DNA from: Chrysomallon squamiferum
Lineage: Eukaryota; Animalia; Mollusca
Length of the DNA stretch: 64,000 nucleotides
Assembly (NCBI GenBank): GCA_012295275.1
Contig: CM022673.1
Coordinates: 28,334,001-28,398,000 of the forward strand
Direction: 5' to 3'
The position numbers were made by a program, and so were the translations under genes. Shown piece by piece: positions 59,901 through 64,000 of the stretch (position 1 is the first letter of the stretch; each line of letters begins with the position of its first letter). Under the pieces are notes generated by a model. It searched no databases. It was not told where the DNA came from and was given only the letters and a program-made list of their open reading frames with translations.

Positions 59901-61602
59901 TAAACTTTTTATCCTATACAGTCACACGACCGAATTGATCATTTACAAGGTTGTGTGTATCTGTGTAGACATTTTCTGAACGTCTGCGCATCAGCATATA
60001 TCTTTTACTACGTTTCCGTTTGTTTTTGTTTTTTTGTTGTATTTTTTTTTTTTTTATTAACGGAGAACGTAAACGTGTCTGTCTGGTCTCAGTGAGGATT
60101 CAGGAACCAGTCTGCAACCTCGCTGTAAACACTGATTGATCCGTTTCTTCAAGCATGACGAATTAACTTGATCACTGCCAGTTACTCTCGTACAGACAGC
60201 TTAGCTCGGGACTAATTTCTGTATTACAGGCCACACGGTCCATAACGAGAGAAAGAAAAAAAACCTCGTTTTCCGATCAGTTCAGATTTCGTATCATTTT
60301 TTTTCATAAACGTGTTCGGCATCCTGCGACTCGTTGCTTAACTTTCGCGTCGTTATCTGACTGGTTAATCCGTCTTTATTGCACTGGAAGCGCTTATTTG
60401 TTTAAAATCATTGTTCTGATTTTTTATTTATTTTTTTTATTTTTTTATTTTTTTTATTTTTTTATTTCGCCAAAGTGTTTATCGTCTGACCTGGGTGAGG
60501 ATTAAGTTAATGTTATCGAGCGTCTGGCGTAGATGGATATTTGTGTACGTGCTTTTCTGTGGTGTGTGTGTGTGTGTGTGTGGATGTGTGCGTGTGTGTT
60601 TGTGTGTGTGTTTAAGATAGTTCGTGTATATTAGCATTTGCGCTTTTGTTTATATAAATTAATTTTATTCTGTTGAACCTAAATCAGCGAATCCATACAT
60701 ATTTTATTGTATTCATCTATTGTTATCGTCATTATCAAAATGTTATGAATAGAAGAATAAAAAAAACTTCACTGATCATGTTGACTTATTAATATATTTT
60801 TATCATTTTAGGAATGTACTTTGACATTATTCAATTTCGCAATATCGTAGAAAATTAAATGGTTTCAGAAATACTTTTTTTGCTTTGTTTTGTTTTTTTG
60901 TCATTAATAAACATTTGAGGAACAATATTTTAAAATACTTTGTTTCTATTTATTTTTTCAATTTTGTTCTGTCTTTCTCTCTTCGTCTTGGGTTTTCTTT
61001 TCATTTACTTACTTCGTTTTCCCTTTACACCGTCACATTTGGATTTGAATTAAATTAATATTTGTTTAATTTAAATTACTTTATTTCATTTATTTTCCAC
61101 CGGATGTTTTTCTTTAAAGCCACGAAGAAGTAAATATCCATTATTTGTAGCTACGTTGTCGACGGTAGTATTATTGCTTGACTTTAAAAATAAACTGTTT
61201 CTATTTATTTTATTCAAGTCTTCAATTTTGTTCTCTCTTTCTTTCTTCTTTATCTGTTTTCTTTTCATTTACTTTCTTGGTTTTCGCTTTTTCTTTGTTG
61301 TTTTTTTGTGGTTTTTTTGTATTGTTTCAGTCCTATTTTTATATGTCTATTTATGTAATAGCTGTTACAAACAACAGTGCCTTAAACATTATCGTAATTT
61401 ACATTAATTAGATAAAAATATACAAGATTTACACATTTCCATATAATCACTTTGAACTTCAGTTCATTGTTCCGTAATTCCGTTGGTCGTTTCATTTTTA
61501 TTTATATATTTAATGTTTGTTTTTGTATTTTAACTGTGTACGTGTTGTTTCCGCCCCCATCCACCTTTTTGAAATATACCTGTACGTTTACCTAGATTCT
61601 TC

Positions 61603-61718
<116 letters not shown>

Positions 61719-61954
61719 ATCTCTCAATCTCTCTCTGTCTCTCTCTGTCTTTCTCTGACTGTCTATCTCTTGTTTTCATTCTGTCATGATCTTTTACTTT
61801 GGTTTGTTTAATGGAATTTTTTTTTTTTTTTTTTTGAAAAAAGCAGAAATAAAGCAATCGGTATAACTGTATTAAATCGCAGTTGTTAATTTAATTTTAG
61901 ATGAACGTACAGCTGCTATTGACTCGGTGACATTTGTAGACGACTGTAAAGCCA

Positions 61955-61991
61955 TATATAACATCTGTCAGCGGGCGTGTTCCGTTCATTC
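61955..61991 (+). promoter_or_regulatory. Candidate core promoter (TATA + Inr) of the second rGC
   Basis: TATATAA at 61955-61961 and TCATTC (invertebrate Inr TCAKTY, A at 61988) about 31-33 nt apart, about 280 nt upstream of the ATG. Confidence 0.45.
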
Positions 61992-62264
61992 TTCTGTGTG
62001 CAGATTCACAGAACCAGAACATCTCCAGTCGTGTGACAGGATCACTTTTTTAGCCTCTACCCACACAGATAAAACAGCAGCTATTTCGCTCATGGTGTAC
62101 TGAGTGCAATACGTTTTCTATCTAATCGTCTTCCAGTCGTATACATTTATACATATATATATATATATTATATATATATATACATACTTTCTAAAATCTA
62201 ATAATTCTTAGTTCTGGTTTTGGATATAGTTGTTTTTTTTTGTTAATAGCAGACATTTCTGGAT

Positions 62265-62473
62265 ATGTGTATAGTTCAAACTCTGAGGTTACTGTATTCG
62301 TGGACTTTGTCTTTTCTACTCCTCCGCTGGGTAATCGCGAAGGATCTACAAATTGTGTGGATGGTTCCTAGAAACATGACCAAACACAACGTTTCGGCCA
62401 GTGTGGGAGCTATGGCCCTGGCTCTGAAACGAATCCAGTCAGAAGATCTGTTGTCTGAATATGAATATTTCAA
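62265..62473 (+). CDS. First coding exon of a second, paralogous receptor guanylyl cyclase (3'-partial; continues beyond window)
   Basis: MCIVQTLRLLYSWTLSFLLLRWVIAKDLQIVWMVPRNMTKHNVSASVGAMALALKRIQSEDLLSEYEYF is about 28/44 identical (hand count) to the mature part of exon 1 at 27849, with the identical phase-2 junction TTCAA|gtaagta. Confidence 0.88.
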
Positions 62474-64000
62474 GTAAGTAAGACGTCTGTTTCGTTTTCG
62501 TTTTTTTGTTGTTGTTTTTTTCGTTACATTCAGCTATGTATTACAACTAACAGGAATATTGGTATACTTCCAAATTTAGTGTTCTTTATCACACCCAGAA
62601 CTACCATTGTGATTAGTGCTCTGCATCAACTACTGCTACCTCTGTAATTACAACAGCAACTACTACAAGTTTTCTACAACAATAACTTCTACTGTTAAAG
62701 CTCTACAGTTACTGCTACCACTGCAATAAGGGCCCTACTAGTATCAATATTATTAGTTTTGTACAACAACTATACTACCACTACTATTAGTACTCTACAA
62801 CGACCCTTACTAGCACTAGTTTTAGGAATCTACAGCAACTATTATTAGCACTACTATTAGTACTACCACTATTATTAGTGTACTACCACTGCTACTATTA
62901 ACATTACTCTACTATTAAAATTGTCACTACTACTATTATTATTACAACCACTAGTAGTAAACGGTTACTATATCTACAACCGCACTTACTACTACTAATC
63001 TCACTACTTCTGTTGTCACTGGTACAATACAATATAAATAAGTAAAATCAGTTTTAACATCACACTAGACTTATTTTATCATTACACTTTTAATATTTCA
63101 GTAATCGTTCAGTAGCTATTGTTAATTCCAAAATGTGTTTGATTCTGCAAACAAAATTAATTACACTATACTATATGAATAAATTTAAATTTTAAACATA
63201 ATTATTGTTTTGAAATCAGATTATAAATATGAATTTTTTAGATCTTAATAAACACAGTCATTAGCGCAGCAAATACGTGCATTTTGTAATATAGACAGAA
63301 AAAAGTGAGAAAGAATCTGTTTAAAATTAAATGTCAATAAAATATTACTTCTTGCTCTGAGCTAAGTAATGAATTGTTTTCTGTCATCTGCTGATAAATA
63401 TTCGTTTCAATAAATTTCAGTACAAATTACGAAACATTTTAGATAGAAAACATCATTAAATAATTTTAACATTTTTGTATTCATTTGTGTATGGTGTCAT
63501 TAGTGAAACCGACTTCACCTTCAATTAAAGAATGTGCTACCTGGAAGATTTATGTGCATTAGCTTTTACTCTTTTTATTTTGTTTACTCACTAGAATAAT
63601 TTATTAGACATTATTAATAACGATCCTGTTGGAACTCAAACAAAAGAAATTTTCCTTGATGAGTGCAAGCCAATAATATATTTTCATTCAAAAGCAAACA
63701 TGGTGAAAAAAAAAGAAACAAAATGTTTTAATCAGTTTCTATCTGTTTTATATCCATTTACACAGTTATTTTGTTTTGCTATGATTCTGTCAGTTCAACC
63801 TTGTCTTTGATTTTTTTTTTTCAAACAAATAAAACAAGCTGAAATAATTATATGGTTCAATTAACTTAATGTTTAATTTTATTTTCTTTCTTGGTGTTTG
63901 TTTTGTTTTGTTTTATTATTGTTTTACTAAGACTTGGTTGGTACAATAAAAAAAGCAGTTCTAAGCTATTTATTTATTTTTGTATTTTTTAAAGTATATT

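Overview
AT-rich, microsatellite-dense eukaryotic (animal) genomic DNA with GT-AG introns. It is most likely molluscan, and the repeat landscape resembles cephalopod genomes (inference). Nearly all long ORFs in the supplied track are microsatellite artefacts. Three spliced genes on the + strand can be assembled by hand with consistent intron phases. (1) The 3' six exons (4678-12613) of a voltage-gated proton channel with a non-canonical S4 motif (LPWRxxR, as in molluscan Hv3) and a very long His/Ser-rich S1-S2 loop; the S1 exon was not found and probably lies upstream of the window. (2) A 24-exon receptor guanylyl cyclase of about 1,110-1,120 aa (27849-47350) with signal peptide, ANF-receptor-type ectodomain, TM helix, pseudokinase, coiled coil and intact cyclase domain. 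(3) The first coding exon (62265-62473) of a tandem paralogous receptor guanylyl cyclase, with a candidate TATA+Inr promoter. Notable oddities in the cyclase gene are a 72-bp tandem duplication of the exon-1 splice donor, minisatellites built on branch-point motifs directly before three acceptors, and no canonical donor at the expected end of exon 2. tRNA-derived SINE-like fragments are also present.
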